DNA of 64,000 nucleotides, from contig CAZTXY010000003.1 of the NCBI GenBank assembly GCA_964617815.1, positions 473 through 64,472 on the forward strand, in the 5' to 3' direction. Made by a program: the position numbers and the translations under genes. The notes under the pieces were generated by a model. That model ran no database searches. It was not told the origin of the DNA and worked only from the letters and a program-made list of their open reading frames with translations. Shown in pieces: positions 10,425-20,673 of the stretch (position 1 is the first letter of the stretch; the number at the start of each line of letters is the position of its first letter). This DNA comes from an uncultured Candidatus Saccharibacteria bacterium (GTDB lineage Bacteria; Patescibacteriota; Doudnabacteria; UBA920).

Positions 10425-10471
10425 TTTAAATCCCACTACAATTAGTGGGATTAAGACTGGTTTTACTTTAG
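10425..10471 (-). promoter_or_regulatory. purM -10 box plus leader hairpin
   Basis: Homologous to 9076-9120. Confidence 0.65.
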
Positions 10472-10509
10472 CTTAAACGTTTACAAAAATCAAGCAAAAT
10501 ATAAAAAAG

Positions 10510-10965
10510 TTAAATATATCCAAGTCGTGTAAAGAGTTCTTTCGATGGCGGCGTAATTTTAACGTCTTTTAGTTCTGATATGTTTATCCATTGATAGCTA
10601 GCTAGGTCATCATTTAACGACACTATAATCTCATCAGCATTTTTATCTGTAATATTGATTTTATAGACACTAAATGTCATCTCGCACAGCACTTTTTCAC
10701 CAGTGTCTAATGTTTTTTCAGATTGACCTGTACCTTTGTCGTCAACTAGTTCGATTGGGTAAATTGAAATGTCTATGCCTGTTTCTTCTTGGATTTCTCT
10801 GATCAGTGCTTGTTGCTCAGTTTCATTTTCTTCTACGCCTCCACCAGGAATATGCCAGCAGTCGATATATACGCCGCCGGACTTTGGATCACGCATGCCT
10901 TGAAATATCTTCTTATCTTTGGAAAATATTAACGCTGCAACAATTTTTCTTTGTATAGTTCGCAT
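10510..10965 (-). CDS. NUDIX hydrolase
   Basis: Nudix box GGGVEENETEQQALIREIQEETG. Confidence 0.9.
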   Translation of the reverse strand: MRTIQRKIVAALIFSKDKKIFQGMRDPKSGGVYIDCWHIPGGGVEENETEQQALIREIQEETGIDISIYPIELVDDKGTGQSEKTLDTGEKVLCEMTFSVYKINITDKNADEIIVSLNDDLASYQWINISELKDVKITPPSKELFTRLGYI

Positions 10966-10977
10966 TTAAAAATTTAT

Positions 10978-11018
10978 TGGTGGCCGAGGAGGGAGTCGAA
11001 CCCTCACACCTTGCGGCG
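10978..11018 (-). pseudogene. Orphan 3' half of a long-variable-arm tRNA (Leu-like)
   Basis: GCCGCAAGGT-GTGAGGGTTCGACTCCCTC-CTCGGCC-ACCA; no matching 5' half upstream. Confidence 0.65.
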
Positions 11019-11050
11019 TCCCGCCATAGGCGGGATGTGTCTTGTGCAAA

Positions 11051-11137
11051 TGGTGGCCGGAGAGGGAGTTGAACCCTCATGACCTTGCGATCGCTGGCAC
11101 CTGAAGCCAGTGCGTCTGCCAGTTCCGCCATCCGGCC
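11051..11137 (-). tRNA. tRNA-Leu(CAG)
   Basis: GGCCGGA acceptor stem, anticodon arm CTGGC-TTCAGGT-GCCAG, long variable arm, T arm, encoded CCA. Confidence 0.95.
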
Positions 11138-11183
11138 ATCATTTATATAAGACTTCAGCCATTAGTATAGTGCACTCAGCAAG

Positions 11184-12935
11184 CTATTTCCAAGAGCGGG
11201 ATGTGGAGATGTACCAGTTGGGGATGTCGTAGACTCGGTAAGACGAGTCTAATAATGTTGTTAAGTTTATGCCTTGAATTTTTTTATCTAACGCGTAAAT
11301 ATAAATACTTTGGTTTAAGAAAACTGCCGGGACGTTTTCGCTAATTAGTTGGCTAATGCGTTGATATTTTTGAGCTCTTAATGTGGTGTCAGTTGTGGCC
11401 CGGGCCTCACTCATTAACTTGTCTGCTTCGGCGTTACTAAATCCTGTAACGTTTACCCCAGGATTTTTGCTTTGGCTTGAATGCCAAAAAACAAAAGGGT
11501 CAGGGTCAGCGTCAAGTTTTTGTGGAAGGACAAGGGCGTCGAACAAGCGAGGGCGAATGATATTGTCGGTTAACTCTTTATTAGAAAAAACGTTGACTTT
11601 TATATTAATTTGCAAAGCTTGCCATTGCTTGGCCAGATTTTCTGCTGTATTAGCATTGAGGGCAAAATCGCTAGTAGCTAAAGTTATTTCAAAGTTAGTA
11701 TTGTTTTTAGAACGAACTGTAGCACCACTGGCAACCTTCCAGCCTGCTTGGTCAAGCAGGGCTTTAGCTTGCTCTATATTAGTAGGTTGTTTTGGATTTT
11801 CCAAAAAACCAATTTGCTCTGGCAAGAACGGTTCGTTGAGAGCACGAGCGTTACCACCAAAAACTTCTTGGACAATAGCGTCTTTGTTTGTGGCAAGGAG
11901 TAGAGCTTGGCGCACATTTTTATCGCTTAAAATTTTATTGTTCAGATTAAAGAACACAGCTTGGTACTGGGGGATAGGGAGGCGCAAGACAGTTAAATTC
12001 TCTCTGTCTTGGTCAATGTATAAATTGCGGTCAAGTGGCAGGTAACCCAAACCTTCAATTTCCTTGCCTTGAAAAGCATTGATAAGGTCTTCATTGGTTT
12101 CGTAAAAATTAAAACGAAGGGTGTCGATATTCGGAACTTGCGCGTAATATTTTTTATAGGAGTCAAGGGAGATGGACGTTACTTGGCCGGATGGTAGTTT
12201 TTTTATTTCGCGAACCATATATGGTCCACTACCAATAGCTTCAAGGTTGGCGCTAGAGAGGGCAGCAGAGTCAGAGTTTATTTTCGACCAGATGTGTTCT
12301 GGGGCAATGGGTAGGGTTAGATTATTTACAAACGGCGCGTATACATCTTTGTTAATAAAAACAACGGTGCGATTATCTCTTTTTTCAACAGTTGTATTTA
12401 GCCATTTATTGCGAAGGGGGCTTTTGTAAGCAGGGTCTTGAATAGTCTTTACTGTAAAAACAACGTCGTCTGCAGTTACTGGGCGGCTGTCATGCCACTG
12501 GGCATTTTGTCGTAGCGTTACTGTGTATTCGTTTTGATCACCACTAATAACTGGCATGCTTTCGGCTAAGTCCGGAACAAGTTCTGCTTGGCTATTGTAT
12601 TTATAGAGTCCAGAAAAAATTAAACGGCTGAGGGTGAGGTCCGTTCCTGAAGAGGCGAACAGAGGATTAATTAGTCTTGGTTGGCCAATTAAGCCTTCGA
12701 TGTATTGGCCACCTTGTCCTGGTCCTATACTTGTATTGTTAACATAAAATATCCAAACATTGCTTATGGAGCTTACAGCTACAAGACCAAGGAGGCTCCA
12801 GGCAATGATTTTTTCGGTTTTGCCCATTAAAGAAAAAACTTTCCGTAAGGAGGAAAGGTTGAGCTTGCGAATCTGTTTGAAACCGGTTAAGGTTTGTCTA
12901 CAGAACGATATGAAACTTTGATATTGAATATTCAC
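11184..12935 (-). CDS. Peptide/nickel ABC transporter substrate-binding protein (family 5), N-terminal TM
   Basis: LIFSGL, LVPDLAES, WHDSRPVTADDVVFT, IGSGPY, VRQAL; probable GTG start to avoid overlapping secG. Confidence 0.88.
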   Translation of the reverse strand: MNIQYQSFISFCRQTLTGFKQIRKLNLSSLRKVFSLMGKTEKIIAWSLLGLVAVSSISNVWIFYVNNTSIGPGQGGQYIEGLIGQPRLINPLFASSGTDLTLSRLIFSGLYKYNSQAELVPDLAESMPVISGDQNEYTVTLRQNAQWHDSRPVTADDVVFTVKTIQDPAYKSPLRNKWLNTTVEKRDNRTVVFINKDVYAPFVNNLTLPIAPEHIWSKINSDSAALSSANLEAIGSGPYMVREIKKLPSGQVTSISLDSYKKYYAQVPNIDTLRFNFYETNEDLINAFQGKEIEGLGYLPLDRNLYIDQDRENLTVLRLPIPQYQAVFFNLNNKILSDKNVRQALLLATNKDAIVQEVFGGNARALNEPFLPEQIGFLENPKQPTNIEQAKALLDQAGWKVASGATVRSKNNTNFEITLATSDFALNANTAENLAKQWQALQINIKVNVFSNKELTDNIIRPRLFDALVLPQKLDADPDPFVFWHSSQSKNPGVNVTGFSNAEADKLMSEARATTDTTLRAQKYQRISQLISENVPAVFLNQSIYIYALDKKIQGINLTTLLDSSYRVYDIPNWYISTSRSWK

Positions 12936-12943
12936 AAAAATGT

Positions 12944-13186
12944 TTAATTGCGCAAGATAAGGTTGGTGATGCTTAGACCAACAAACAAAAGTGCTAAAAC
13001 AATGGTTGCATAAAAAAGCCATTTGTCAAAACCGCGACGTGTTTGGACGACACCGCCCCCGCCGCCAAAAATGTTGGACAAACCTGCAGATTTATTTTGC
13101 AAAGACACAACCATAATTAACAGTACCATAACGGCCATGTTTATAATTGTGAGGATTTGATCGAGATTTATATTCTTAAATGACAT
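12944..13186 (-). CDS. secG: Preprotein translocase subunit SecG
   Basis: Two TMs linked by LQNKSAGLSNIFGGGG..TRRG. Confidence 0.88.
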   Translation of the reverse strand: MSFKNINLDQILTIINMAVMVLLIMVVSLQNKSAGLSNIFGGGGGVVQTRRGFDKWLFYATIVLALLFVGLSITNLILRN

Positions 13187-13246
13187 TTGGGTAGGGATTA
13201 AAGACTGCATCATTATACTAATTTTATAGTGGTCGTGTCAATAACG

Positions 13247-13281
13247 ACTAGAAACTAGTTACTAGTATCTAGTCACTAGTA
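13247..13281. repeat. Heptamer (ACTAGT-core) tandem array, 5 units
   Basis: actagaa actagtt actagta tctagtc actagta. Confidence 0.75.
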
Positions 13282-13304
13282 GAGGCAAGGGATATACTAC
13301 AGAT

Positions 13305-13613
13305 ATGATTCAATCCAAAAAGTTTCAGAGAACTAAAGAAGATTTTAGCTGCACTCATTGTGGACAGGTTGTTTTTGGTACAGGGTACACAAACCATTGT
13401 CCAAAGTGTTTGTGGAGTAAGCATGTAGACATTAACCCAGGTGATAGAGCTAGCGAATGTAGTGGAATGATGACACCAGTTCAAGCTGAGTTTAAAGCCG
13501 GGGAGTGGGCACTGCTTCATCGCTGTGAGGTTTGCGGGTTTGAGAAAAAAAATAAAACAGTGCCTGATGATGATTTAAATGCAATTTTAAAATTAGCAAC
13601 TAAGTTGCTATAG
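13305..13613 (+). CDS. RNHCP-domain zinc-binding protein
   Basis: F.C..CG, TNHCPKCLWSKHVD..PGDRA..C.G.M. Confidence 0.85.
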   Translation: MIQSKKFQRTKEDFSCTHCGQVVFGTGYTNHCPKCLWSKHVDINPGDRASECSGMMTPVQAEFKAGEWALLHRCEVCGFEKKNKTVPDDDLNAILKLATKLL

Positions 13614-15485
13614 ATATTTTTTTATAATTTCAGCTTTGGATTTGCCGACGAGGTCGGTTAGGATTTGAAGTGAGGCTGTGCGAATGTTTGCGACACTGCC
13701 AAGTTTATTTTTGAGCAGTTTTTTTGTTTTGGGGCCAATACCTGCTACTTCATCGAGTGCGGATTTGACTGCTTGCTTACTGCGCAGTGCGCGATGAAAA
13801 GTAATGCCAAAACGGTGAGCTTCGTCGCGCAGGCGTTGGAGAAGTTGAAGCGCCGGTTGGTCGTGGTCAAGGATAATTGGTTGTTTTTTTCCGGGGACAA
13901 AAATTTCTTCAATGCGTTTAGCCAAGCCAATGACCGGAATTTTTAAACCTTTTTCTTTTAAGACTTTGACTGCTACAGAAAGTTGCCCTTTGCCGCCGTC
14001 TATAACTAGAAGATCCGGCGTTGGCCAGGTATCTTTGTTATTAGCACTGTCATTCTGAGGTGCATCCGAAGAATCTCTGTTTTTGTCATTGAGATCCTTC
14101 ACTCCGTTCAGGATGACAGTAGGTAGGGGGGTACTTCTCGCCAATCGGCGAGTCAGCATCTCTTCCATCATGGCAAAGTCGTCTGGCGTGGACTTACCGG
14201 TAATTTTGAATTTGCGGTATTCGGACTTTGCCGGCAGGCCATCAATACAAACGACCATACTCCCGACAGGGTTAGTGCCTTGGATGTTGCTTATGTCGTA
14301 GCCTTCTATTCTTTTGGGAATTTTTGTTAAGCCAAGCACAGTTTGCAGTTGCTTTAGGGCAGAGTTTATGACATCGCGATTGTCTGCTTGGCTCCGTTGC
14401 CATTTTTGTAAATATTCTTGCGCATTGGTTTGGCCAAGTTTAACTAGGTCGCGCTTTTTCCCCCGCGTAGCTATCTCTATAGAGATTTTTGTTTTGCTTC
14501 TGGTTCGTAGCAGGAGGGCTATTAGAGCTTCGTTGGTCGTGCCACTTTGCAAAATAATGAGTTTGGGCAAATTGGAAGTGTCGGCGTAATAATTTTCTGC
14601 AAATTTTTGCAAGACGTCGCTATCTTGCGTATTTGATTTTATATTATAGATAAAACTTTCTTTGTCGATAAGTTTGCCCGCGCGAATTTTAAATAAATTT
14701 ACGCTACCATTAATGCCTTCTCGGAAAACTGAGATAATATCCCAAGAAACTTTTTTTGGCATAATGGCGATTTGGCGTTCTTGCAAAATATCTAAGCTGC
14801 TGACTTGGTCACGCAGGCGGGCTGCGCGCTCAAACTGTTTGCGACGACTCGCGCTTTGCATTTGGGTTTTAAGTTGGCTTGTAATTTTAGCAGTTTGCCC
14901 GGAAAGAAACAGAACAATGTTGTTAATTTGTTCTGCGTATTCAGTAAAAGTTATGTTTCCTACGCACACACCGGGACAGCGGTGAAGGTGATAGTAAAAG
15001 CAAGGGCGCTTGCCGACTTGGTTATTGCTACAAAATGGAAAAATTTTTCGAACTAGATCGAGCGTAGTTTTTATTTTTTTAGTCGAGGAGTATGGTCCGA
15101 AATATTTTATGCTCCCGCTATTGTTTTCAACTTTGCGTGCATAGCTAATTTGCGGAATTTGCGTGGAGTAGTCAATGGTAATAAAAGCATAATTTTTATC
15201 ATCTCGTAGTTTAATGTTGTATGGGGGAGTGTATTGTTTAATTAACGTGTTTTCTAAAAATAAACTTTCCAGTTCCGTCTGGACTACAACATAGTCAAGA
15301 TCTTGGGCTTCGCTAATCAAAAAGGGCAGTTGAACGCGCGTGTCCTGACCGCTAAAATATTGAGCTACTCGCGATTTTAAGTTTTTAGCTTTGCCCACGT
15401 ATAAAACATCACCGCTAGCACCTTTGAATAAGTACACTCCTGGCTTGGCAGGCAAGTCTTTAATTTTTTCTTTAAGAGAGTTCAT
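13608..15485 (-). CDS. uvrC: Excinuclease ABC subunit C with a 25-aa palindromic-element insertion
   Basis: GIY-YIG (PGVY..YVGKA), UVR domain, IEGYDISN, LVIDGGKGQ, RDEAHRF, HhH. Confidence 0.96.
   Translation of the reverse strand: MNSLKEKIKDLPAKPGVYLFKGASGDVLYVGKAKNLKSRVAQYFSGQDTRVQLPFLISEAQDLDYVVVQTELESLFLENTLIKQYTPPYNIKLRDDKNYAFITIDYSTQIPQISYARKVENNSGSIKYFGPYSSTKKIKTTLDLVRKIFPFCSNNQVGKRPCFYYHLHRCPGVCVGNITFTEYAEQINNIVLFLSGQTAKITSQLKTQMQSASRRKQFERAARLRDQVSSLDILQERQIAIMPKKVSWDIISVFREGINGSVNLFKIRAGKLIDKESFIYNIKSNTQDSDVLQKFAENYYADTSNLPKLIILQSGTTNEALIALLLRTRSKTKISIEIATRGKKRDLVKLGQTNAQEYLQKWQRSQADNRDVINSALKQLQTVLGLTKIPKRIEGYDISNIQGTNPVGSMVVCIDGLPAKSEYRKFKITGKSTPDDFAMMEEMLTRRLARSTPLPTVILNGVKDLNDKNRDSSDAPQNDSANNKDTWPTPDLLVIDGGKGQLSVAVKVLKEKGLKIPVIGLAKRIEEIFVPGKKQPIILDHDQPALQLLQRLRDEAHRFGITFHRALRSKQAVKSALDEVAGIGPKTKKLLKNKLGSVANIRTASLQILTDLVGKSKAEIIKKYL
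14046..14120. repeat. Palindromic miniature element inserted in-frame in uvrC
   Basis: ACTGTCATTCTGA...TCAGGATGACAGT, 75 bp, encodes TVILNGVKDLNDKNRDSSDAPQNDS. Confidence 0.85.
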
Positions 15486-15581
15486 ATATAGTAGTATAGC
15501 CTACAGAAGTTTTTGGCTAAAGGCTGGACAAGGTAGTATACTTGTGTTAGATTGTTTGATCGCCTAAGGAGGGGCGCTTCA

Positions 15582-15821
15582 ATGATTTCTCTGGTCCTGC
15601 TGTCAGGTCTCGACGATGAGATCTTCGCAATTCTGTGGTCGTTGGCCGTGTGGGTCTGCGACTACGTTCTGCCAGCCCTGGCGTTGGTCTACATTTTGTA
15701 CTGTGGGTATCTCGTGGAGCTACCTCAGTACATCTGGGCAAAGATCCGACGAGTCCTCGAGATTGGCTTAAGCCTGTTGGTCGGTCTCGTGGGCTTCGTT
15801 CGAAACATGCCGCATGGGTAA
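15582..15821 (+). CDS. Small membrane protein
   Basis: AAGGAGG RBS; hydrophobic segments. Confidence 0.55.
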   Translation: MISLVLLSGLDDEIFAILWSLAVWVCDYVLPALALVYILYCGYLVELPQYIWAKIRRVLEIGLSLLVGLVGFVRNMPHG

Positions 15822-15826
15822 CGACG

Positions 15827-15922
15827 ATGTTTCGACGACTTGTCATAATCTGGATTACCTACGCCCTCGTCATGCTGGTCATTTTCCTGCCCTTGTGGTG
15901 GGAGAGCCGGCGTCACCGCTAG
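15827..15922 (+). CDS. Possible 31-aa single-TM peptide
   Basis: MFRRLVIIWITYALVMLVIFLPLWWESRRHR directly after the previous stop. Confidence 0.35.
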   Translation: MFRRLVIIWITYALVMLVIFLPLWWESRRHR

Positions 15923-16078
15923 AAGAAGTCATTTTCCGGAAGGTCTTGGTTGTAGCCCTCTGCTACATCCAAGACCTTTTCGCTTTATTGACTTGCGATG
16001 AAAACTTGGAGCATAATAGGGTACCTTCAGGCTGAGGCTTTGAAGAAGTCACAAAAAAAGTTAAAGGAGGCGCTGGCT

Positions 16079-16846
16079 ATGACAAACCAGTGGGATGGAA
16101 AATCGGAAGTCTTTGGCAATTCTAAGCTGGCGTCATTTGATGATCGCCTCGCAAAGAATATTGCTGAATTATGGGAGAGTCTGCGTGGTCCTCTGGCAGA
16201 TCCGGAGAACAGGCGTTCGTTTAACGAGTTGGTTTCAGACTTTGCCCGTGCAAGACATCTTGGCGGGACGACTCTGCTCGTAGAGTTTTTTCAGTTTTTG
16301 CAGGGTTTGGAAGCAGAGATGGAAAGAGTCATTGTTAGGCAAGCTCGATTTTTGGAGGAGAATCAAATTTGGTTGGATTTAGTCTTGGCCGACTATATTC
16401 AAGCTTTGTTTACAGGAAATGAGGACGAAGGCGTCAAGCAACTTGAGGTGCAAGAGGGTTGCTTGGTTCGTTTGGTTGCTAGTTTCATTGAGATTCAAGT
16501 GGCCGACCATTTTGATCCTGTGTTTACTCAGCAGCTGGATGAAACTTTTGTCTTAAAGCTTTCAGTCTTGCTAGACCAAGTTATTGGCCAGGCTTTTGTC
16601 GAGGAAAGAGACAGGCCAGTAAATGTAGTAAAGCTAAGATCTCTAGGACAAGGCGGAATTACAGAGCCAATCGAGTCGTTGTTGTTTGACTACTTGCGAT
16701 CTGTTTGGACGCTGTATCAGCTCACAGACAATGTTCAGGGTTCCCCTGGAATGCGCTACTATAGACAGACCAAGATGGTTGAAGAAGCGCTGGATCGAGT
16801 GGTTTGTCGTTGCAGGTTTCTTGTGAGTCAATCAGAGTTTTCTTAG
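16079..16846 (+). CDS. Hypothetical helical protein
   Basis: AAAGGAGG RBS; TTGACT-18-CATAAT upstream. Confidence 0.65.
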   Translation: MTNQWDGKSEVFGNSKLASFDDRLAKNIAELWESLRGPLADPENRRSFNELVSDFARARHLGGTTLLVEFFQFLQGLEAEMERVIVRQARFLEENQIWLDLVLADYIQALFTGNEDEGVKQLEVQEGCLVRLVASFIEIQVADHFDPVFTQQLDETFVLKLSVLLDQVIGQAFVEERDRPVNVVKLRSLGQGGITEPIESLLFDYLRSVWTLYQLTDNVQGSPGMRYYRQTKMVEEALDRVVCRCRFLVSQSEFS

Positions 16847-16960
16847 GATTGCTCTGGTTTCCACAGATCGAATTGTGTCGCGCCCCATTTATGGAGCGCG
16901 ACATTTCTTTTCTAGTTCTAAAAGGCTAAGAGTTGGTTCATAGATATTGATTTCTCTTGA

Positions 16961-17000
16961 CCCATCCTTCGTCCCGCTTTGCGGGACAACGGAGGGCGGG
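16961..17000. repeat. GC-rich nested hairpin (second REP-like type)
   Basis: CCCATCCTTCGTCCCGC-TTT-GCGGGACAACGGAGGGCGGG. Confidence 0.4.
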
Positions 17001-17124
17001 ATTCCTGAATGCTCGAGGTCGGCATTGCTATAAAGCCTATATATTTACTTAGCGCCTTGAAAAGTCTTGACATATGTGCTAGACTTGTTTCTAGTTTTTC
17101 ATTCATGTAACAGGAGTCTTTTTT

Positions 17125-20001
17125 ATGCCTACAAAGAAGATAAAAACTACTGACAATGTTAGTAACGCGATTATTATTCGCGGGGCGCGCCAACACAATT
17201 TAAAAAATATTGACGTTGACTTACCACGTAACAAATTGATTGTTATGACCGGTCTTTCCGGTAGTGGTAAGTCTTCTTTAGCTTTTGATACGATTTATGC
17301 AGAGGGTCAGCGTCGTTACGTGGAGTCGCTTTCAGCTTACGCGCGCCAGTTTATTGGTTTGATGGACAAACCAGATGTCGACAAAATTGAAGGACTTAGC
17401 CCTGCCATTTCTATCGATCAAAAATCAGCGAGTCACAACCCGCGTTCAACAGTTGGAACTGTTACTGAAATTTATGACTACTTGCGTTTACTATACGCTC
17501 GTGTCGGTGTGCCCCATTGTCCAGTTTGTGGAAAGAAAATTTCTGGCCAAACCTTGCAAGCCATGACAGACCAGTTGATGAAGCTTCCAGCAGGAACTAA
17601 GCTGGTTTTGCTCGCACCGTTTATACGAGACCAAAAAGGTGAACATAAAGCAGTGTTTGAACAGATTAAGCGTGCTGGTTTTGCGCGTGTGCGAACTGAT
17701 GGCATGCTCATGGACTTGAATGAAGCTCAGGGCTTGAATTTAGATAAGCAAAAAAAACATAGCATAGACGTTGTTATTGACCGCATTACAGTTAGCCCAG
17801 ATGACCGTGGGAGAATTTCTGAAAGTTTAGAAAAAGCTCTTGACCTTGGTGACCAAATTGCAATTGCACTTGTTGGCGAAGAAGGAAAAGCCAAAGAACA
17901 ATTATTATCTCAAAAATTTGCTTGTCCCGACGGGCACATGTCACTTTCTCAGCTGGATCCCCGTGATTTTAGTTTTAACAGTCCGCATGGGGCTTGTCCG
18001 GAATGTAAAGGTTTGGGAACTAAGCTTAATATTGAACCAGAATTAGTAATTCCTAATCAGCGTTTGACACTCGCTGAAGGGGCAGTGCGCCCTTGGAGCA
18101 AAACTACATCAAGACTGACTTGGTATAGCCGAATTATGCAAGCTGTGGCAGAAGAGTACGGCTTCTCTATTAATACTCCGATTAAAGATTTACCAAAAAA
18201 ATATTTGGACGTTATTTTATATGGGACGGGCGACAAAAAAATTCATGTGAAAGGGGAGTCTTCTACGCGCGAGGCGACTTATGAATTTAACACAGCTTTT
18301 GAAGGAGTTATCCCAAATTTAGAACGTCGCTATGGCGAAACAGACTCAGAATACATGCGCGGCGAGATTGAAAATTATATGCGCATTCGAGTTTGCCCAA
18401 CTTGCAACGGCAAGCGTCTTAAGCCTGAAGTCTTGGCAGTTACAGTTGGCGACCGGGGAATTGTCGATGTGTCACAAATGAGCATTGAAGATGCTGATAA
18501 GTTTTTTACAGATCTACCAAAAAAATTGTCGAGCAAGGATATGCAAATTGCCAAATTAATTTTTAAAGAAATTAGCGCAAGGTTAAACTTTTTGCTAAAT
18601 GTTGGTTTGTCGTACTTGTCGCTTGACCGCAGTGCGGACACTCTCTCAGGCGGTGAGGCTCAGCGTATTCGTTTAGCCACTCAAATTGGCTCTGGCCTAA
18701 CTGGTGTGCTCTATATTTTAGACGAGCCTTCAATCGGATTACACCAACGAGACAATGGCAGGCTCTTGCGTACTCTTAAAGAACTACGAGATTTAGGGAA
18801 TACAGTTATTGTTGTTGAACACGACGAAGAAACTATCCGCGAAGCTGACTGGGTTGTTGACATTGGCCCAGGAGCGGGTAAGCATGGCGGGGAGTTAGTT
18901 GCTTTTGGCACGCCTGAGGACGTGGCAAAGAATAAAAATTCATTAACTGGACAGTACTTGTCTGGCACAGAGAGCATAGAAGTACCAAAACGCAGACGTA
19001 GTGGTAATGGCAAAAAAATCTCTGTCATTGGTGCTAGCGAGTTTAATCTTAAAGATGTTAATGTCGACATTCCTCTTGGAAAGTTTGTATGTTTGACCGG
19101 CGTGTCCGGTAGTGGCAAATCCACTTTGCTCAACGACATTGTGGCCAAGGCCTTATCAAAATATTTTTACAACAGCAAAGATGAACCTGGTAAGCACAAG
19201 AAACTTTTAGGAATTGATTCAGTTGATAAAATTATCAACATTGATCAGTCGCCAATTGGTAGAACGCCACGCTCTAACCCAGCGACGTACACGGGCGTGT
19301 TTACATTTATTCGCGATTTATTTGCCGACACTAAAGAAGCTAAAATGAAAGGTTACAAGAGTGGCCGATTTAGTTTTAACGTTCAGGGTGGACGTTGTGA
19401 GCGCTGTAGTGGTGATGGTGTGATTAAAGTTGAGATGAATTTTTTGCCGGATGTTTACATTACTTGTGAGGAATGTAACGGGAAGCGTTACAACCGTGAA
19501 GCTTTGGAAATTCACTACAATGGAAAAACTATTGCAGATGTTTTAGAAATGACTGTCGATGAATCGAAAATGTTTTTTGCTAATCTGCCACCAATTAAGC
19601 GAAAGCTGGATACACTTTCAGAAGTTGGTTTGGGTTATATGCACCTTGGCCAAAATGCCACCACACTTTCGGGTGGTGAAGCACAACGTATTAAGTTGGC
19701 AACCGAGTTGTCACGCGCTTCCACAGGGCGTACTCTCTATATTTTAGATGAGCCAACTACGGGACTTCATTTTGCTGACACTAAGCGTTTGATAATTGTG
19801 CTAAACAAGTTGGTAGAAAAAGGTAATACGGTTGTGGTGATTGAGCATAACTTAGATATGATTAAAACCGCAGACTGGATTATTGACCTTGGGCCGGAAG
19901 GCGGCAATAAAGGCGGCGAAATTGTGGCTGTAGGAACACCTGAAGAAGTGGCGAAAGTCAAAGGCAGTTATACGGGTCAGTATTTGAAAAAGATTTTGTA
20001 G
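17125..20001 (+). CDS. uvrA: Excinuclease ABC subunit A
   Basis: Two ABC cassettes ([25 protein letters not shown]), zinc fingers. Confidence 0.98.
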   Translation: MPTKKIKTTDNVSNAIIIRGARQHNLKNIDVDLPRNKLIVMTGLSGSGKSSLAFDTIYAEGQRRYVESLSAYARQFIGLMDKPDVDKIEGLSPAISIDQKSASHNPRSTVGTVTEIYDYLRLLYARVGVPHCPVCGKKISGQTLQAMTDQLMKLPAGTKLVLLAPFIRDQKGEHKAVFEQIKRAGFARVRTDGMLMDLNEAQGLNLDKQKKHSIDVVIDRITVSPDDRGRISESLEKALDLGDQIAIALVGEEGKAKEQLLSQKFACPDGHMSLSQLDPRDFSFNSPHGACPECKGLGTKLNIEPELVIPNQRLTLAEGAVRPWSKTTSRLTWYSRIMQAVAEEYGFSINTPIKDLPKKYLDVILYGTGDKKIHVKGESSTREATYEFNTAFEGVIPNLERRYGETDSEYMRGEIENYMRIRVCPTCNGKRLKPEVLAVTVGDRGIVDVSQMSIEDADKFFTDLPKKLSSKDMQIAKLIFKEISARLNFLLNVGLSYLSLDRSADTLSGGEAQRIRLATQIGSGLTGVLYILDEPSIGLHQRDNGRLLRTLKELRDLGNTVIVVEHDEETIREADWVVDIGPGAGKHGGELVAFGTPEDVAKNKNSLTGQYLSGTESIEVPKRRRSGNGKKISVIGASEFNLKDVNVDIPLGKFVCLTGVSGSGKSTLLNDIVAKALSKYFYNSKDEPGKHKKLLGIDSVDKIINIDQSPIGRTPRSNPATYTGVFTFIRDLFADTKEAKMKGYKSGRFSFNVQGGRCERCSGDGVIKVEMNFLPDVYITCEECNGKRYNREALEIHYNGKTIADVLEMTVDESKMFFANLPPIKRKLDTLSEVGLGYMHLGQNATTLSGGEAQRIKLATELSRASTGRTLYILDEPTTGLHFADTKRLIIVLNKLVEKGNTVVVIEHNLDMIKTADWIIDLGPEGGNKGGEIVAVGTPEEVAKVKGSYTGQYLKKIL

Positions 20002-20012
20002 TTCTAATAATA

Positions 20013-20076
20013 AAAGCCCCGAAATTTCGGGGCTTTAAAAAAAAGGGGCACCCTTTTGCAAAAGGGTGTCCCTTTT
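20013..20076. terminator. Tandem hairpin terminators after uvrA
   Basis: AAAGCCCCGAAATTTCGGGGCTTT and AAAAGGGGCACCCTTTTGCAAAAGGGTGTCCCTTTT. Confidence 0.75.
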
Positions 20077-20080
20077 AGTA

Positions 20081-20109
20081 TTGACAAAACAGCTAAATTG
20101 TTGTATTAT
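20081..20109 (+). promoter_or_regulatory. sigma70-like promoter
   Basis: TTGACA-17-TATTAT. Confidence 0.65.
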
Positions 20110-20179
20110 TTTAAGTTGCATTGACCGGCCAAGTTTTTTAAACTTGGTATTCTGATGTTTCGAATTTGGAGGATTACAC

Positions 20180-20533
20180 ATGTCGAGCGATGACAAAGGC
20201 AAAACGCTTTGGGCCGACTGCGAAAAGAAGGGTCAAGACCTCACTCCGTGCTTCGAGAAGAACAAGGATCTGATCGAGGGGCTTGGTAGCAAGCAGGAAG
20301 TGCCTGCTGGCAAGCCCACTCAGCCACTGGTCCCCACCATCGAGCAGGCCGAACTCGAAAGCACAGAGAAGCCCGATTTCGGTCTGGTGATTATCCAGGG
20401 TTCTTACGGAACCGCTGGGGAGGGAATGGACTCTTTCTTCGAAGAACTGACGACGCCGTGGGTCAATGAGACTCAGCCGCTCAGGCCCATCATCGAGGGG
20501 GCTCTGGCGGCCGACGCAGACGACGACGAATAG
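20180..20533 (+). CDS. Acidic hypothetical protein
   Basis: GGAGG RBS, own promoter, long terminator hairpin at about 20542-20586. Confidence 0.65.
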   Translation: MSSDDKGKTLWADCEKKGQDLTPCFEKNKDLIEGLGSKQEVPAGKPTQPLVPTIEQAELESTEKPDFGLVIIQGSYGTAGEGMDSFFEELTTPWVNETQPLRPIIEGALAADADDDE

Positions 20534-20673
20534 AGATGTGAAGCGCGAGTGGAGAGCTGCAGAAATGCAGTCTCTCCACTCGCGCTCTTTAATTAGTTTA
20601 AAATTGACTTATCGGTCTTAGAAGATTATGGTTGAGTTGAGGGGTTGAATTTTTTGATGAAGGGGGAAGGACA

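Noticed and set aside
10978-11137. attL/attR of an intact integrated element
   Set aside because: The two tRNA 3' ends differ in sequence, little sequence lies between them, and no integrase is nearby.
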